Shown: positions 38,751 to 52,115 of the stretch, piece by piece
Position numbering within the stretch: the first letter of the stretch is position 1
Layout: every line of letters begins with the position of its first letter
From: Camelus ferus
Taxonomy: Eukaryota
Direction: 5' to 3'
Length of the DNA stretch: 64,000 nucleotides
Assembly (NCBI RefSeq): GCF_009834535.1
Contig: NC_045696.1
Coordinates: forward strand, 11,720,001 to 11,784,000
Program-made: the position numbers and the translations under genes
Notes under the pieces: generated by a model
The model's database searches: none
What the model saw: only the letters and a program-made list of their open reading frames with translations
Told to the model about the DNA's origin: nothing

Positions 38751-39342
38751 TATTGTTTTTTTTAATTTCTACTGAACTGTATTCGATTTACAATGTTAGT
38801 TTCAGGTGTACAGCAAAGTGAATCAATTATACATATACATGTGTATATATTTTTCAGATTCTTCTCCATTACAGCCCATTACAAGAAACTGAATATAGTT
38901 CCCTGTGCTATACAGTAGGTCCTTGTTGTTTATCTATTTTATATATAGTAATGTGTGTCAAAGACCCTATTAATAGCTCCATTTTTATATCAGAGGAAAG
39001 GAAGCTAAGAGCACTTAAGTCATTCACCCAACACCACCCAGCCAGCTGATGAACTGGAATTAAAACTTTAGTGATTAACTCCATTTTCTTTCAACCACAC
39101 TGTCCTGTGAAAACAAGGTTCTTGTGTTTCCCCACATTTTCATAAGGGCAAGTGCAAAATATAACATTGGTGGGCATCAGAAATTGCCTTGTGCGAACAC
39201 TGTTAATACTCCACTGGGCACACAAGTGCTGGAGAAGACTGGTTGTAGGGAAATGCAAAGAAAAACATTAATCATTAATTTTTTCCTTACCACAGCCCTG
39301 CCCCAGAAATCCAGCATCACTTGTCACAGAATTGCTGCTTTG

Positions 39343-39361
39343 TGACCAGCAGGTGGCACCA
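39343..39361 (+). promoter_or_regulatory. Candidate CTCF site
   Basis: TGACCAGCAGGTGGCACCA closely matches the CTCF core consensus; motif only, no binding data. Confidence 0.5.
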
Positions 39362-40808
39362 CCACCTCACAGTTGTCTCAGTGACCTAGTCATTGCTGAC
39401 TCATTGATTTGGGGGAAATTCCATTTCCTCCTCAACTAAAGATTAAGGTGAAATGGAAACAACGTGTGCGGCTCTTTCCTTCTCTCTCACTCTGGCGTCT
39501 TCATATGAGTGTTTTCCCCTCAAAGATGGGCAGCCTCAGTATCCAGCTCTGATTTGTTTCCTTAAATTTTCTTCTTTGATAGCAAAGAGGATTTTAGCTT
39601 GTAGTTTTGGCTACGAGTAGATGAAGAAAAAATATACTACTGTAAGAACTCACTGGCACTTGGCTTGGATCACTTCATTTAATCCTTTCAGTAAGACAAG
39701 GAGGCCTGTTATATTTTGATAACAGTGGTTCAGACCTGGGGCACCGGGATCCTGTTTTATTATTTTACTCTTTAATAACTAACCAATGTGTTTTGGGAGA
39801 TGTTGATAAAATGTTCCAACATCGATTTTTCTCATTAGAAGTTTTTTTTTTTATTGAGGTATATTCAGTTTACAATTTTGTGTCAATTTCTGGTGTACAG
39901 CACAATGTTTCTGTTATACATGAATATACATATATTCATTTTCATATTCTTTTTCACCATAAGCTACTACAAGATATCAAATATATTTGGAAGTTTATTA
40001 TTTACAAACTTTTATTGGATAATGTGGTCTATTCTGGGTGACTACAGTAAAATGGGATGAAAAGCAAATGATTCATAAATATTATATATGATATTTTCAT
40101 TTATAACCATTACATACACATATAATATTTATGTTTACTATATAAATGTATACTTGTGTGCGTGTGTGGTATACACTGTGGGCAAGGCCAGTGGTACCAG
40201 TCCTCACCAGCTCACCTGGTGCCATTTCGACTTTAGGCTTTAAAGATTTGTGTACAGATGAAATGTTATTACCAAAAATCACTATATGGCAAAAGATTAC
40301 CAAGCCCAATCATTAGATTAATCCAGTATTACCCAGCTAAACCCCTTACCATGCAGATGAAGATACTGTGATCCGAAGAAGTGGTGATTTACTGAAGACA
40401 CAGTAGTAGCAGCGGCAAAGCCCCGATCCCCTGACCCTACAGCAGAGTTCCTTCCAGATGTCCAGCTGACCTTGTGCATTTAAAAAAATAATTCTAAATA
40501 GAGGGCTTCTCATTTATCTCTTGATAAATGTCATCATCCTGATTTGGGCTTCTTGACGATTTAGATTTCAAACATTCCTGAAATTACCCGCCATCAGTAA
40601 GCTGAGTGTTGGGAGAATCCCAGAAACCCACCGTGTGTCTCTCCTAAGAGGAATCCCCTCCATCCCCTGTGGGGAACCGCTGTCCTGGCTTTAGTGGAAT
40701 TCACCCCCCTGCTTTCTTCATAGTTCTAGTAATTTTCTGTTGTATTTCTAAGTCACATAGTTGAGCTATTGAGCATTCTATGAATGGAACCAGAGTGTAT
40801 GGAAAATT

Positions 40809-40976
40809 GGGGGGGTGGGGATGGTAGTGGCTCAGTGGTAGAGCACATGCTTAGCACGCACGAGGTCCTGGGTTCAATCCCCAGTACCTCCATTAAAAAA
40901 TAAATACAATAAAATAAAAGGTCAGAAAATCCCTTTAACAAATAAAAATAAAATAAAGTAATCCTTGAAAAAAAAG
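40809..40976 (+). mobile_element. Camelid SINE with extended tail
   Basis: tRNA-like head; GAAAATTGGG repeated at 40802 and 40977. Confidence 0.8.
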
Positions 40977-41478
40977 AAAATTGGGACAAACTTTGCCCAA
41001 CTCTAACCTTTAGGTGTTTCTCTTATTTTGGTTTTGGAGGCGGGAGGTAATTAGGGGTTTTTTGTTTATATCTTTCTTTCTCCACAATTTATCAAAGATT
41101 AACGAGACTGATTTCACAATCATAATTGTAAAACCTTTCAGAAAATTTTAGGCCCAAATCATCTAAGTCAGTGATGCGCTGTCATGAGATTTCATCAGTA
41201 TTCATCAACATGTTTACTTCTCAGGAAATGAGAGACTGAAAATTTAAATACGGTTTCTGCTGAGCTGGATCTTGGGTTTCTTATTCATCTATAAAATCTA
41301 CTTAGAGAAAAGAAAAATAGTAGTTACAAATATTAGAACATATAAAAACCTTATAAATAATGTGTAAAATATTATACAGGGTTACAGATATTACACAACA
41401 CTGTTTATATTTGCATTCAGCCCATATTTAGCCCTCCAGTTCCTGCCCTGTGTTTTAAAGTGCTAATCGGTGGAACTG

Positions 41479-42046
41479 TGTTGATAAAATGTTCTCCTTG
41501 ACCAAACTTCCGTCGGGTTCCTCTGAGCTCCCTTCTCAACTAGGCGTCAGCCTCGGGCACCCCAGCCTCTCAGTTTCAGCAAGAATCCTACTAAGTCACG
41601 TTAAGGAGAATCCCAAACCCTCATCCCCAAACCTTGATGTACAAGTCCTTGGTTTGCCTGTAGCTAGGATTCCATCGGGTCAGTTTAGCAAGAATCCCCT
41701 TAACGCTGTTTCCTCTTAGTAATTTTCCACGCATGGGCCTGGTCACCCTGCTCCGTGGCTGTCAATCCCCGCTGGTTTTTGTTGTACTTAGAGTTGAGCC
41801 CTCTCTCTCCCCATGGCAATAGTCTTTTCTTTTTTTTAATTGAAGTATAGTCAGTTTACAATGTCATGTCAATTTCTGATGTAAAGCACAGTACTTCAGT
41901 CGTATAGGAATATGCATATATTCATTTTCATATTCTTTTTCACCATAGGTTACTACAAGATATTGAATATGGTTCCTATGGCGATAGTCTTGAATAAAGC
42001 CTTCCTTGCAGTTTTAACAAGTATCAGAATAATTTTTTCTTTAACA
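41479..42046 (+). mobile_element. MER31-like LTR with nested L1 3' end (41827-41977, minus)
   Basis: TTCTCCTTGACCAAACT...AGCAAGAATCC repeats; L1 TSD ATGGCAATAGTCTT/ATGGCGATAGTCTT. Confidence 0.75.
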
Positions 42047-42049
42047 GGC

Positions 42050-42970
42050 TCTGAAATCCAGGTACCATACCTGGTGTGGGCTGAGCTCTACTTCCCTTCT
42101 TTTCATGCTGCCAAGCATTGAAATTCCAGGTTTTCTTCTTTAGGCTCCTTAAGACCCACTGCTTATTAAATTCAGTGTCTTTTTTTAAAAAATCCTAGGG
42201 TTTGTCAGCCTATTTTAGCCAGTCTCGTACCTGGAAACCTATAAGCGCCCTGAAGGAGGGAGGGAGAAATTAGCTTCCCACCCCAGGCCAGCCATCTGTC
42301 CACCCGCCTCTTCGCTCACAGCCTTGTTAGACTCACAAGGGCGTGCACAAACGTACACACGCACACACACCCCCACCCACCCATTCTCCTGGTAGATGTG
42401 CTGCACCGCGGGGTGAGGACGTGGGCCACCCCAGCTGCCCGATTCCCTCCCAGACCAAGCTTCTACTTAATTGCAAAGCAGTTGGAGACCCTACAACGTC
42501 TTCCCCCACCCATGGTCACTTCCTTTAATTCTGTTAAGGTTCACAGCTATAAATGAGGCCCTATTCAGTATGAGGGACTAGGGGCGGGTGCCCTGGAGAA
42601 TGAAAAAGGACGATGACACAGGAAGATAATTCATCCTGTAGTAGGTGGAAGAGCAGCAAAGCTCCCTTCAAACAACCGTGTGAAACGTTCAGCGGCGAAC
42701 AAGCAGCTCACGATCTAGTGGGGGTGGGGGAATCCTTCTGCCCGAAAATGGGAGTCCCAGGGAGACTGAGGTCTCTTAGAGAGTACAGTGTGATTGGTGG
42801 GGGCTAGGGGGGACCTGGCTGAGCCTGGCGGGTCGGGTCGGGGACGGAAGAGCACCCCCCTCTACCCCTGCTGATGAGTGAACAAACAGCTCGCGTCAAC
42901 GTGCAGAGGCCTGGCTCCCACTCCCTCTCACCCACCCCCGCCTCTTCTTCCCCCGCACTCCACCTTATGT
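42050..42970 (+). pseudogene. LRR fossil segment
   Basis: From 42272: SFPPQASHLS. ORF 42613 ends GRLRSLREYSVIG. Confidence 0.65.
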
Positions 42971-42974
42971 TCAT

Positions 42975-43385
42975 CTGCTGGGGGGTTGACATAACAAAAT
43001 GCCACAGGCTGGATGACTTCAACACAGGTATTTATTTTCTCACTGTTCTGGAGGCTGGAAGTCCAAGATCAAGGTGTCGGCAGGTTTGGTTTCTTCTGAG
43101 ACGCCTCTCCTTGGCTTGCCTGTATACGGCAGCCTTCTCACTGCGTCCTCACTTGGTCTTTTTCCTGTGTGCCTGCGTCCCCGGTGTGTCTCTGTGTGCA
43201 CCTGCAGCCCAACCTCCTCTTCTTATAAGGACACTAGTCAGATTGGATTAGGGCCACTCATATGACTCATTTTACTTTAATGGCCTCTTTAAAGACCCTA
43301 TCTCCCAAAACAGTCACATTCTGAGGCCCTAGAGTTTAGGACTTCAACATATGAGTGTTGAGGCGACACAATTCAGCCTGTAACA
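42975..43385 (-). mobile_element. MLT1A/B-like LTR
   Basis: GTTCTGGAGGCTGGAAGTCCAAGATCAAGGTG...ACAATTCAGCCTGTAACA. Related MLT1 copies at about 44625-45030, 45050-45310, 49990-50333 and 55300-55633. Confidence 0.8.
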
Positions 43386-43520
43386 CTCATCTTGGTCAGT
43401 GGTGTCACCATTCAAGACCATGAAACAACAAACATGAGAAGAGTTGAAAAAACCTGGATCCTTGAAGACACCAGTGTCCCATCTCCCTCCAGACTCCTTG
43501 TGAAATGAACAATACCTACC

Positions 43521-44036
43521 TGTTACCGAGTCCAAACTCGTTCTGCTCGCCCCATGACAGGCCAGTAAATTGGAAGACGAGATGCTGGGTCAAAGAATAA
43601 CGACTTTATTTGGAAAGCTGGCAGACCGAGAAGATGACAGACTAACGTCCTGGAGACCCGTCTTCCCCAAGTCAGAATTCAGACTCCGTTTATACTAAAA
43701 AGGGGAGGGGGTGTGGTTGTTGCAAACTTCTTGGGGTTGGAATCCTTTGTTCTTGCAGATTTCCACATAGATCAGGTCACGGTGTCCCTGTAAACCTCCG
43801 ACAAGACAAATGTTATTTTCTATTCTGCAACTTTTTATCTCTGTGTGAATGGGAAAGTATTATATCCTTTAAGATCTGAGCCTTGAGAATGGGCTGTCCT
43901 ATGTATGTCAGGCTATAGGCAACATTCTTTTGCAAAAGGTGCAGAACCAGCATGGCTAAGCACAGGAAACAGAGCACAGGGTTAGAGTTAAAGGAACAGG
44001 TCTAACATGGAGTCAGATTTGTTCTTCCCTATTACA
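43521..44036 (-). mobile_element. ERV1-type solo LTR
   Basis: TGTTACCGAG ... CTATTACA; TSD TACC/TACT; TTTATT at about 43605. Confidence 0.85.
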
Positions 44037-44319
44037 TACTTGTGGTTTAAGTCACTGTCAGTCAGGTGACCTGCCACTTGAATGAAAGTATTCCTACCTG
44101 ATACATTTCTCCTGCATCTAACACAGTACCTCGCATACAGCAGGCACTCAATAAACGTGTGGAAACAAAAGACCGCTCCTGCTTCAAAGCCTTCAGTGGC
44201 TTCCCATCCCCTCTGTTATGAGATGGAAACTCCTTAGCAGGTCATATAAGACTTTCTCCCTGTTTAATGTCTGGTCTTGCCCCACGTCTCTGGGTTCCAC
44301 TCGCTCTACATCCCTCCCT

Positions 44320-46760
44320 TGGGCAGAGTCAATCCTTTTGCTGCGTACAATTAATCCACAGGGATACAGGGAGAACCAACAAGAGAGCAGGGGCTGAATG
44401 TGTATTTCAGGGGCTTGGGGAGGCAGAGGTACGTGGGGATGACCTGGAGGAGAGGCAGCCCTAGACGCCCTCAGCAGACAAGGGTGAGGAGCTTTTCAAA
44501 GCAGAGCTGGAAGAACCAAAGCTTGGGTGAGAGGTTAGGAGGAGCTCAAAGGGACACAGGAAGGATGCGGATCACAAGGTTAAGGAAAGTTTACTTTCTT
44601 CTCACAAAACCAGGAGCCACGGTGACGTGGGCTGCCATAGCAAAGTACCACAAACTGGGAGGATTAAAACAACCAGCACTGGTTCTTTCCCAGTTCTGGA
44701 GGCCAGAAGTCCAGAATCAAGGTGTCGCTTGGCAGAGTTGGTTCCTTCTTGGGGCTCAAGGGAGAATCTGTCCCATGTCTCTCTCGTCACTTATGGTGGT
44801 TTCCAGAAAGCCTTAGCATTTCTTGGCGTTTAGCTGCATAATTCCAATCTCTCTCCACCGTCACATGCTGTCTTCCTTCTGTGTGTTTCTGTCTCTTTCT
44901 CTCTTCCGTCTTCTCACAAAGACATTAGTCATATTGTTTTAAAGATCAGCCCTACTGTAGTGTGACCTCATCTTAGGTTACATAGTAATTACATATGCAA
45001 TGACTGTATTTCCAAAAAGTTCACATTCAGCATCCGTGCCAAAATCTACGCTGATTTGCTAGCGTCTCCCTAACAGAGCACCATCTATTGTGTGGCTTCA
45101 ACGGCAGAAATTGATTGTCTCACAGCTCTGGAGGCTAGAAATCCAAGGTCGAGACGCTGGCAGGGTTGGTTCCCCTCGAGGGCTATGAGGGAGATGTCCT
45201 GTGCCCCTTCCTTGGCTTGTAGGTGGCCGTCTTCTCCATCTGTCTCTCCACATCATCTTCCGTCCTTGCGTGTCAGGATTTGGTACAGCCTCTTGTGGGG
45301 CACGGCTCAGCCCTCGGCGGCCCCCTGGCGTGTTCTTTCCTGCTCCGGGGACGTCCTGAGTGGCTTTAGTTGGCACCTGCCTGAGCGCCCTGTGATGGCA
45401 GAGCTGGGATTTCTTCTTCTTGTATCTTAGTTATTGCTTGTTCCCCATAGCGCCTGACATGGCGCATCCTATAGAATAGGGTCTCAGTAAAAGCCCAGGG
45501 AGTTTAGGGGCTTTATTTCCTGTGTGCCCCCAGCAGCAGGGCCAGTGCCTGCCGTTTATAGGAGAGGCTGTGCTGCAGGCCAGCAGCTGGGAGGTTAGAC
45601 TTTCATGTTGGGCAGACTGGCTTCAGATCCCAGCTTGGTCTTGTTTTGGCTCTGTGGCCCTGGATTAATCCCCTAAGCCTCTATTTGCTCATCTGTAGAA
45701 TGGGAACCCTCAGGGTATTCACCCTATGTTGCTGTTTCGAGGGAAAAATCCCTTAGTGCAGATAGAACGTTCAGCACTGGGCCTGGCTCGTGGCAAGTAC
45801 CGAATAGGTGCTACCCTCTGAGGGGCACACATGAAAGTGTACTGACTTGAGCTGTGTGGCAACATGAGACCCAGGTCTAGAAATGCGTTCGCCTCTCAGC
45901 CTCCCAGTGTGGACCACGGCACGTGGGGCAGTGCCTGGCTTTTCCTTTGCCGAGTCCAGCCCTAACATCCCTGTCTAGCCAGAATGGTCACTGGATGACT
46001 TTCCCATGACCAAGGCCGTCAGCAGCAACGTCAGAGGAAGCTGGCTTTTGTTCACCTGCAGGCAATGATCATCTGATGCAATAATTCATTTCCATGGTTA
46101 TGAACTTTGCTTTGGTTTGTTTGATCTGGGACTCCACGTCTTTGTTACTGCATCCGTTTCACAATTCAGTTTAAAGAGAAAAAGCAGCAGAGGGAGGGAG
46201 AGCCGCTTGGCAGGAGACCCACAGGAGGGAGTAGGTGGGGCCTGGTTTACCTAACAGCCCCAAAGAGAGGGCGGAGAACCTTTGTTCTGCATCCCTGGCA
46301 AGTTGGAACACAGAGGAATGCTGTGTTTTGGTGGCAGGATTCCACTGGCTGCAGCCAACTAGGGGGAGAGGGAGTTAACGAGTAAGCCATTTACAGACCC
46401 AACAAAGGCCCAGAGGGTTCCTCATCTACCCCGCCCCTTCCCCCTCACTTTGCAGGACTCTGGTGGGCCTGGGTAGACAGAGAGCTTGCAGAGGAATTTT
46501 AGGGTCAACCCTAAATCAAGGTGGAGCTTGGCTTCCCAAAGGCAAAAGTTAAAAGAGGCAGGCAAAAGGGCTTACCTTGCAAAAGGGTGCTGATTTCATC
46601 AACTCCAGATGGAGGAAAGTGGTTGGAGCTTGTGGAGGAAGATCTCTGCTTCACGGGGAGATGCTGAGATATCCTGGTAGTGTGGGGGGCAAGGCAGAGA
46701 GGGGTAAAGATTGATGGGGCAAAATGCAGCTGGTTGGCTACAGTCCTCTCACTTTTTAAA
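44320..46760 (+). pseudogene. LRR fossil segments between MLT1, MIR and L2 pieces
   Basis: ORF 44400: YFRGLGRQRYVGMTW and RITRLRKVYFL. From 45326: WRVLSCSGDVLSGF. From 46565: KGLTLQKGADFINSRWRKV. Confidence 0.7.
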
Positions 46761-47022
46761 TAATGATGATAAGAGTTACCACCTCTGACATTTGTTGTAT
46801 GTCAGGCTTCAAATTAGGTGATTTCCATATGTTGAGGTCCTCTCGACTCTCAAGGTGGACAACACAGGTCCTTTATCTATGACTGTGAAATAAACCAACC
46901 CAAGGTAAGTGACATAAAGCCACAGCTACTTTATTATGCTCGCAGATTCTCTGGGTCAGGATTTGGAAAAAGCACCCCGGGGACTGCTTGTCTCTGTTCT
47001 GTGATGTCTGGAGCCTCGGCCG

Positions 47023-47702
47023 ATGTGTTCCAACACCGACTCTCTGATACTCACTGATGTCCTAAACTACAATTCAGTTCTGGCACTAACTACCTAGGGT
47101 GAGCACAGACACCACAAGTTAAGAGCCAAGTCCTTTACCAGACTGTCCCCACTTCATCAGGCACCAATGCCAAGTTTTAGTTGTCTCTAAGCCACCTGCA
47201 TGTATGTTCAGCCAGCTACAAATTTGATGCTTCCCACAACCCCTACAAGTTTGATAATTAATGAGAATGATTCATGGGACTCAGGAAAGTGCTGTATTTA
47301 CAATGACCACTTTAGTATAAAAGATACAGATAAACAGCCAAAAGAAGAGGCACCCAGGGCAAGGTCCGGGAGGGTCCTGAGCACAAGGAACGTCTGTCCA
47401 CATGGAGTCGGGGTGCACCACCCTAACATTAGATGGATATGTTCACCACCCCGGATGCTTTCCCCGGCCTCAATGTCCAGAGTTTGATCCGGGTTTCCTT
47501 ATGTAGGCGTGGTTGATGACGTCATGGGCCCTGCAACTGAGCTCAGTCTCCGGCCCCCTCACTCCCTGGAGGATGGTGGGTGGGCCTGAAAGTTCCAACC
47601 CTCTAAACACTCAGTCTTTCTGGTGATCAGCCACTCTAGGGATTTAGGAACTCTGGGCCAAGAGCTGGGGACAAAGACCAAATGTATGTCTAAGTACACC
47701 AC
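47023..47702 (-). mobile_element. MER21-like LTR
   Basis: Reverse-complement similarity to 14426-15378. Confidence 0.65.
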
Positions 47703-47916
47703 GGAGTTCTTGAACCTCTGAGTCTGGGTCACCTTCTATTTGAGTAAGTGTTGTGGCAGAAGAATTTTCCAAAGATGACCTCAATAATTTCTCCCAGTCC
47801 ACACGCTCTTCTTACAATGAGAGTTTAACCCTCTTCTCATCAAGAGGTGAACTTGAATCTTGGCAAGGGCAGAAGGGATATGATGTGACTTCCGTGTCTA
47901 TAAAAGGCAGTGAAGC

Positions 47917-48020
47917 GGGGAGGGTATAGCTCAGGTGGTAGAGCGCAAGCTTAGCACGCGCGAGGTCCTAGGTTTAATCCCCAGCATTGCCTCTTAAAAA
48001 TTAAGAAGAAAAAGAGAAAA
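47917..48020 (+). mobile_element. Camelid SINE within an MLT1-like LTR
   Basis: GGGGAGGGTATAGCTCAGGTGGTAGAGCG head; AAAAGGCA on both flanks. Confidence 0.85.
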
Positions 48021-48231
48021 AAGGCAATACAGTTTCCACCTAGCTCACTCTCTTGGGACGCTCGCCGGTGGAACTCGCCAGGCTGCATGAGGAGGTCTCA
48101 CAGGGGTGTCCTGTTGACAACCCAGCCGAGGTCCCTCGACAGCATCAGCCACTGGGCACGAGAGTGATGGGTCTCCAGATGATTCTGGCCCCTGCCATCG
48201 AATCTTCCTGGTACTTCGAGTCTTCCCAGTT

Positions 48232-48898
48232 GTTGTATAATAAGAAGAACTCTGAATAGTCTTTGTCCCCATTCCTGGCACAGAACTTCAGAAACCCTTG
48301 GAATTTCCTGAGTGACAGGAGTGTCATTGTTATGCTAATTGGGTGACTTCCGGTGGCCCCTAGGTAGCTTTGGGATAGGGGCTGGTCACCAGAAAGACCA
48401 GTCGCACCATTAGAGGGGTGAAACCTTTAGCTGCCCCTGTCCAGAGAGAGAAGAGCTCTATCAAAGACTCAGTTTCCAGGTTGCCAAATGCACCCCTGTG
48501 CCAGGCGGGGGGGGGCACACTCCAGCTCCGCGGGGACAGAGGCTCCTGCGCTTGGGCCCTTCTGGATTCTCCCTGTGTTCCTCTTCATCTAGCTGTTCAC
48601 TTGTCTCCTTTAGAATAAACCAGTAAACGTAAGCAAAGTGTTTTCTTGAGTTCTCTGAGTCAACCTAGCAAATTACCAAACTTGAGGGGTGTCATCCACA
48701 CAAAAGAGGGGGTAGCCTGGGCTCCCCATTAGCAGCTGGATCTGAAGTGGGGGCAGTTTTAGGGACTGAACATTTTAACTTGCGGGTGAATAGTGTCAGC
48801 CCTTTAGCTCCAAGGAGACAATCTCAGCATGAATTGAATTGTTGGACACCCAGCTGATGCCAATGAATTTGGTTGTTGATGTGGAAAAAGCTGCACAC
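48232..48898 (+). mobile_element. MER21-like LTR
   Basis: TGTTGTATAATAAG...GTCTTTGTCCCCATTCCTGGCACAGA; AATAAA at about 48614. Confidence 0.7.
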
Positions 48899-49099
48899 AG
48901 ACTCCCCTGGACCCTAAGCTCCTAAATTTCAGCTCTGAGATCTGAACCCAGTCTCCCTGGGCTCAGGGCCCTCTCCCCACATTATGGCACCGTGATAACA
49001 AAACCCCTAAAGCTCTTGGGTTCCCCTTACACTCCGTCTTCCTCTCTCCTCTAGCTGCCAGCTAACCATCATCTGACGTGACGCCTTGATACTCCTCCA

Positions 49100-49780
49100 T
49101 CTGCTTTTATTTTCCTTTAAACGATTTATTCTCAAATTTTATTTCTGCCAAGAAACAGAGGGCAGATGTGTTCCATGCACAGCACACTCCCTTTGGGGCC
49201 CCAGATCGCAGGCTGTGGCCCAGATGAGGGACCTCCAGGGAAGTACCACGGGAGCTAATGTGAATCCCACACTTTGTCCTTCACTCTCTAAAGCACATGA
49301 GGATGCCAGTGGGGAGAGGGGACGCATCATTGGGATAGCTTTGCAATCCACCATAAAACATATAAAAAGTGAGTCCTTTGCCACGTGGGGTACTTAAATA
49401 TTTTTTCTTTTTATTTATTTACTTGGAGGGGGAGGTAATTAGGTTTTATTTATTTGTTTATTTTTTAAATGGAAGTATAAGGGGTTGAACCCAGGACCTC
49501 ATGCATGGTAGGCAAGTGCTCTAACACTGAGCTATACCCTCCCCTGCCAATATTCTTCCTAATAATCAACAAGCAGCCAGCTTTGCCCCTAGTGGGGGTA
49601 CTATGGCTTGAGTCCACAGCTTCAGACACTTGGACGTGGTGGACCCACCATGTCAACAGGTAAATAAATGTTCTTTCTATAAATCCAGCTTGCAACCATC
49701 CCTATATTGGTTGTTTTATTGTTCATCCATTTTGCATATGTTCCTCTTTAAAACCTGAGGATCTCCAACCTCCTTCTGGT
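49100..49780 (+). pseudogene. LRR fossil segment
   Basis: ORF 49086: AVAQMRDLQGSTTGANVNPTLCPSLSKA. From 49612: VHSFRHLDVVDPPCQQV. Confidence 0.65.
49426..49544 (-). mobile_element. Camelid SINE
   Basis: ...CTGAGCTATACCCTCCCC end; AATATT on both flanks. Confidence 0.85.
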
Positions 49781-50855
49781 TACCGGTTTTCAGCCCAGCA
49801 TTCCTGTCCCCTCCCCGCTGGGCCACTCCCTCATCCCCTTCCACCTGAAATCTCTGCATCCTCGTTTATTGATTCCTCCCAGCTCGTTCACATCCTCCAA
49901 GGCTAAAGCCTCTTCGGTAGGCGCCTAACATGGAAAGAGTGCTCAAGATGTGCTGCCTCAGGTGCGGTGACTCAACTCGGGGGTCCAGTTGTCTCAGTCT
50001 TCTAGGGCCACCATAGCAAAGTACCATACTCACGGAGGCTTAAGGGACAGAAACTGATTTCCCCACAGTTCTGGAGGCTGGGAGCCTGTTCGAATTCTTG
50101 GTGAGGCCCTCTTCCTGGCCTGCAGACAGCTGCTGTCCAGCTGTGTGCTCACACGGGGGCAGAGAGGGCACACTCTCCACTATCTCTTCTTAGAAGGACA
50201 CGAATCCCCTCGTGGGGCCCCACCCTTTCATCTAAATCTAATCAACCCCCAAAGGCCCTACCTCCAAATACTGCCACACTGGGGGTTAGGGCTTCAAATA
50301 TAAATTCTAGGTAGACATAATGCAGTCCATAGCACTGATTAATGCATTTTAGAAGCTTTCAAGCTTCGATGACATCCTCCCCAGGGCTAGCTGGCAGTGC
50401 AGATGGGAAAACTGCCACTCACTGTTCCAAAGAGCTTTCCATTCAGATTTCCAGCTTCCTGTTTCTCTTACGCAGCGTAGAGCAGAAGGGCTTGGAAGAT
50501 AGGCATCCTGGGTTTTGAATCCTACTTTCTCTGTTTACTGGCTGTGTGACCTTGGGCATGTAGCTTAACCTTTCTGTGCCAATAATGATTCCTACCTATA
50601 TTATATGACATTATATGACATAAGACGGTAAAGTGCTTGGCACTTAGTGAGCCTTTTAAAAAATGTTGGCTACTATTCTTCTCATCTAATAGTAGAAGTA
50701 AGCTTGTTGAAAAAGTGTAAAATGTAGTCCCTTGTTGAAAGAGTGTAAAATGCAGAAAAAGAAAGAGAAAGGGAGATATTGGAGGAGGAGGGGAAAATTG
50801 GGATGGAGGTGGGGTTAGGACAGGTCTCCAGAAGGACTTACTCACTGCCCTAAAG

Positions 50856-51168
50856 CAGTGCTATCCAATAGAAATACGCTGCAATCCACACATGTGACTG
50901 CAAATGAAGCCACTCGTGTAATTTTAACTTCTCTGGTAGCTGCATTTAAAAAGTAAAAAGAGACTGGTGAAATTAATTTTAGTATATTTTATTAAACCCC
51001 ATTTATTTAACCCAAGATGTGATAATATATTTTATGCAATCCAATATTTAACCCAATATATTGACTGCTGTATGAAATCAATCTAAAAATACTACTGGGA
51101 TAGTTTATATTCTTTATTCATACACAGTCTTTGAAATCCAGTGTGCATTTTATGCTTACGGTACATCT
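50856..51168. mobile_element. MER3/MER33-type hAT-Charlie relic
   Basis: CAGTGCTATCCAATAGAAAT...GGTGAAATTAATTTTA. Confidence 0.7.
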
Positions 51169-51992
51169 TTTTTTCTTTTTTTTAATGATTGTACCATAGC
51201 GTATTTGCAAATTTTAGGCTGCTTCAGTAATTTTGTCCTTATGGATAGTGAACATATGGACATCCTTGCACATAAATTGGCCTGCTAATTTCCACAGAAG
51301 TTGAATTCCCAGGTCAAAGAGTAGAACATTTTTAGAATCTTTTAGACTCAGTGTATTTTGCAAGCTGCTTTCCAGAAAGTTTTTCCGTTTACATTTGCAT
51401 CAGCCACAAATGATTATCATCAAAAAATAGAACTTTGTTGACTTGAATTGTAATAAGCAAGTTTTTTGATTTGCCTTAATGTAATTCAATTTTTAAAACT
51501 TTTCATTATGGTTTTAATTTGCTTCCCTTTGATTACTAGTGAGAATGAACACTTTAGTGTTTATTAGCCATTGTATTTCTTCTGGGAATTGCTCCTTCTA
51601 TTATTAGGGTATTAGAATATTATCAGTTTTTTTGTGTACTTTCCCATTTTATGTGGTTCTAAATTTTATTTGTGTCTATGATTTTTTAAAAGCTAAAGCT
51701 TTTTACAAACCTGCAACTAGTAGATAAATCAGCCCTGAAGATCTAACCCACAGCATAGGGATCAGAGCCAGCAATACTGTATTACATGTAAGCTTCAAAG
51801 TTGCTAAGAGAGTAGATCTTAATTGTTCTCACTGTAAAAAAGAAGTAATTATGTGACAGTAATAGAAGTGTTAGCTAACACTAGGGTGGTAATAATATTG
51901 CAGTATATGAATGTATCAAATCAACACTTTGTACACCTTAAATCTGCACAATATTATATGTCAATTACATCTAAATAAAAATTCATTTTTCT

Positions 51993-52115
51993 AGGGGAGG
52001 GTATAGCTCAATGGTAGAGTACATGCTTAGCATGCACAAGGTCCTGGGTTCAATCCCCAGTACCTCTGGTTAAAAAAAAAAAAAAGAATTAAAAAGTTTA
52101 AAAAGAGAGAAAAAA
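51993..52115 (+). mobile_element. Camelid SINE following an L1 3' end (about 51710-51985, plus)
   Basis: GGGGAGGGTATAGCTCAATGGTAGAG...GGTTCAATCCCCAG followed by poly(A). Confidence 0.85.

Larger units (their letters stand above)
39100..41470 (+). pseudogene. LRR fossil segment
   Basis: From 39505: MSVFPSKMGSLSIQL*FVSLNFLL. From 40200: VLTSSPGAISTLGFKDLCTDEMLLPKITIWQKITKPNH*INPVLP. From 40503: GLLIYLLINVIILIWAS*RFRFQTFLKLPAISKLSVG. From 41077: FLHNLSKINETDF. Confidence 0.85.

Noticed and set aside
49580..49598. Second CTCF-like motif on the minus strand
   Set aside because: Core is one G short of consensus; weak match.
50703..50757. Short tandem duplication CTTGTTGAAA(A/G)AGTGTAAAATG
   Set aside because: Only two adjacent copies; an ordinary local duplication, not an array.
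51993..52065. tRNA-like sequences
   Set aside because: They have A-rich tails, TSDs and about ten diverged copies, so they are SINE heads and not tRNA genes.
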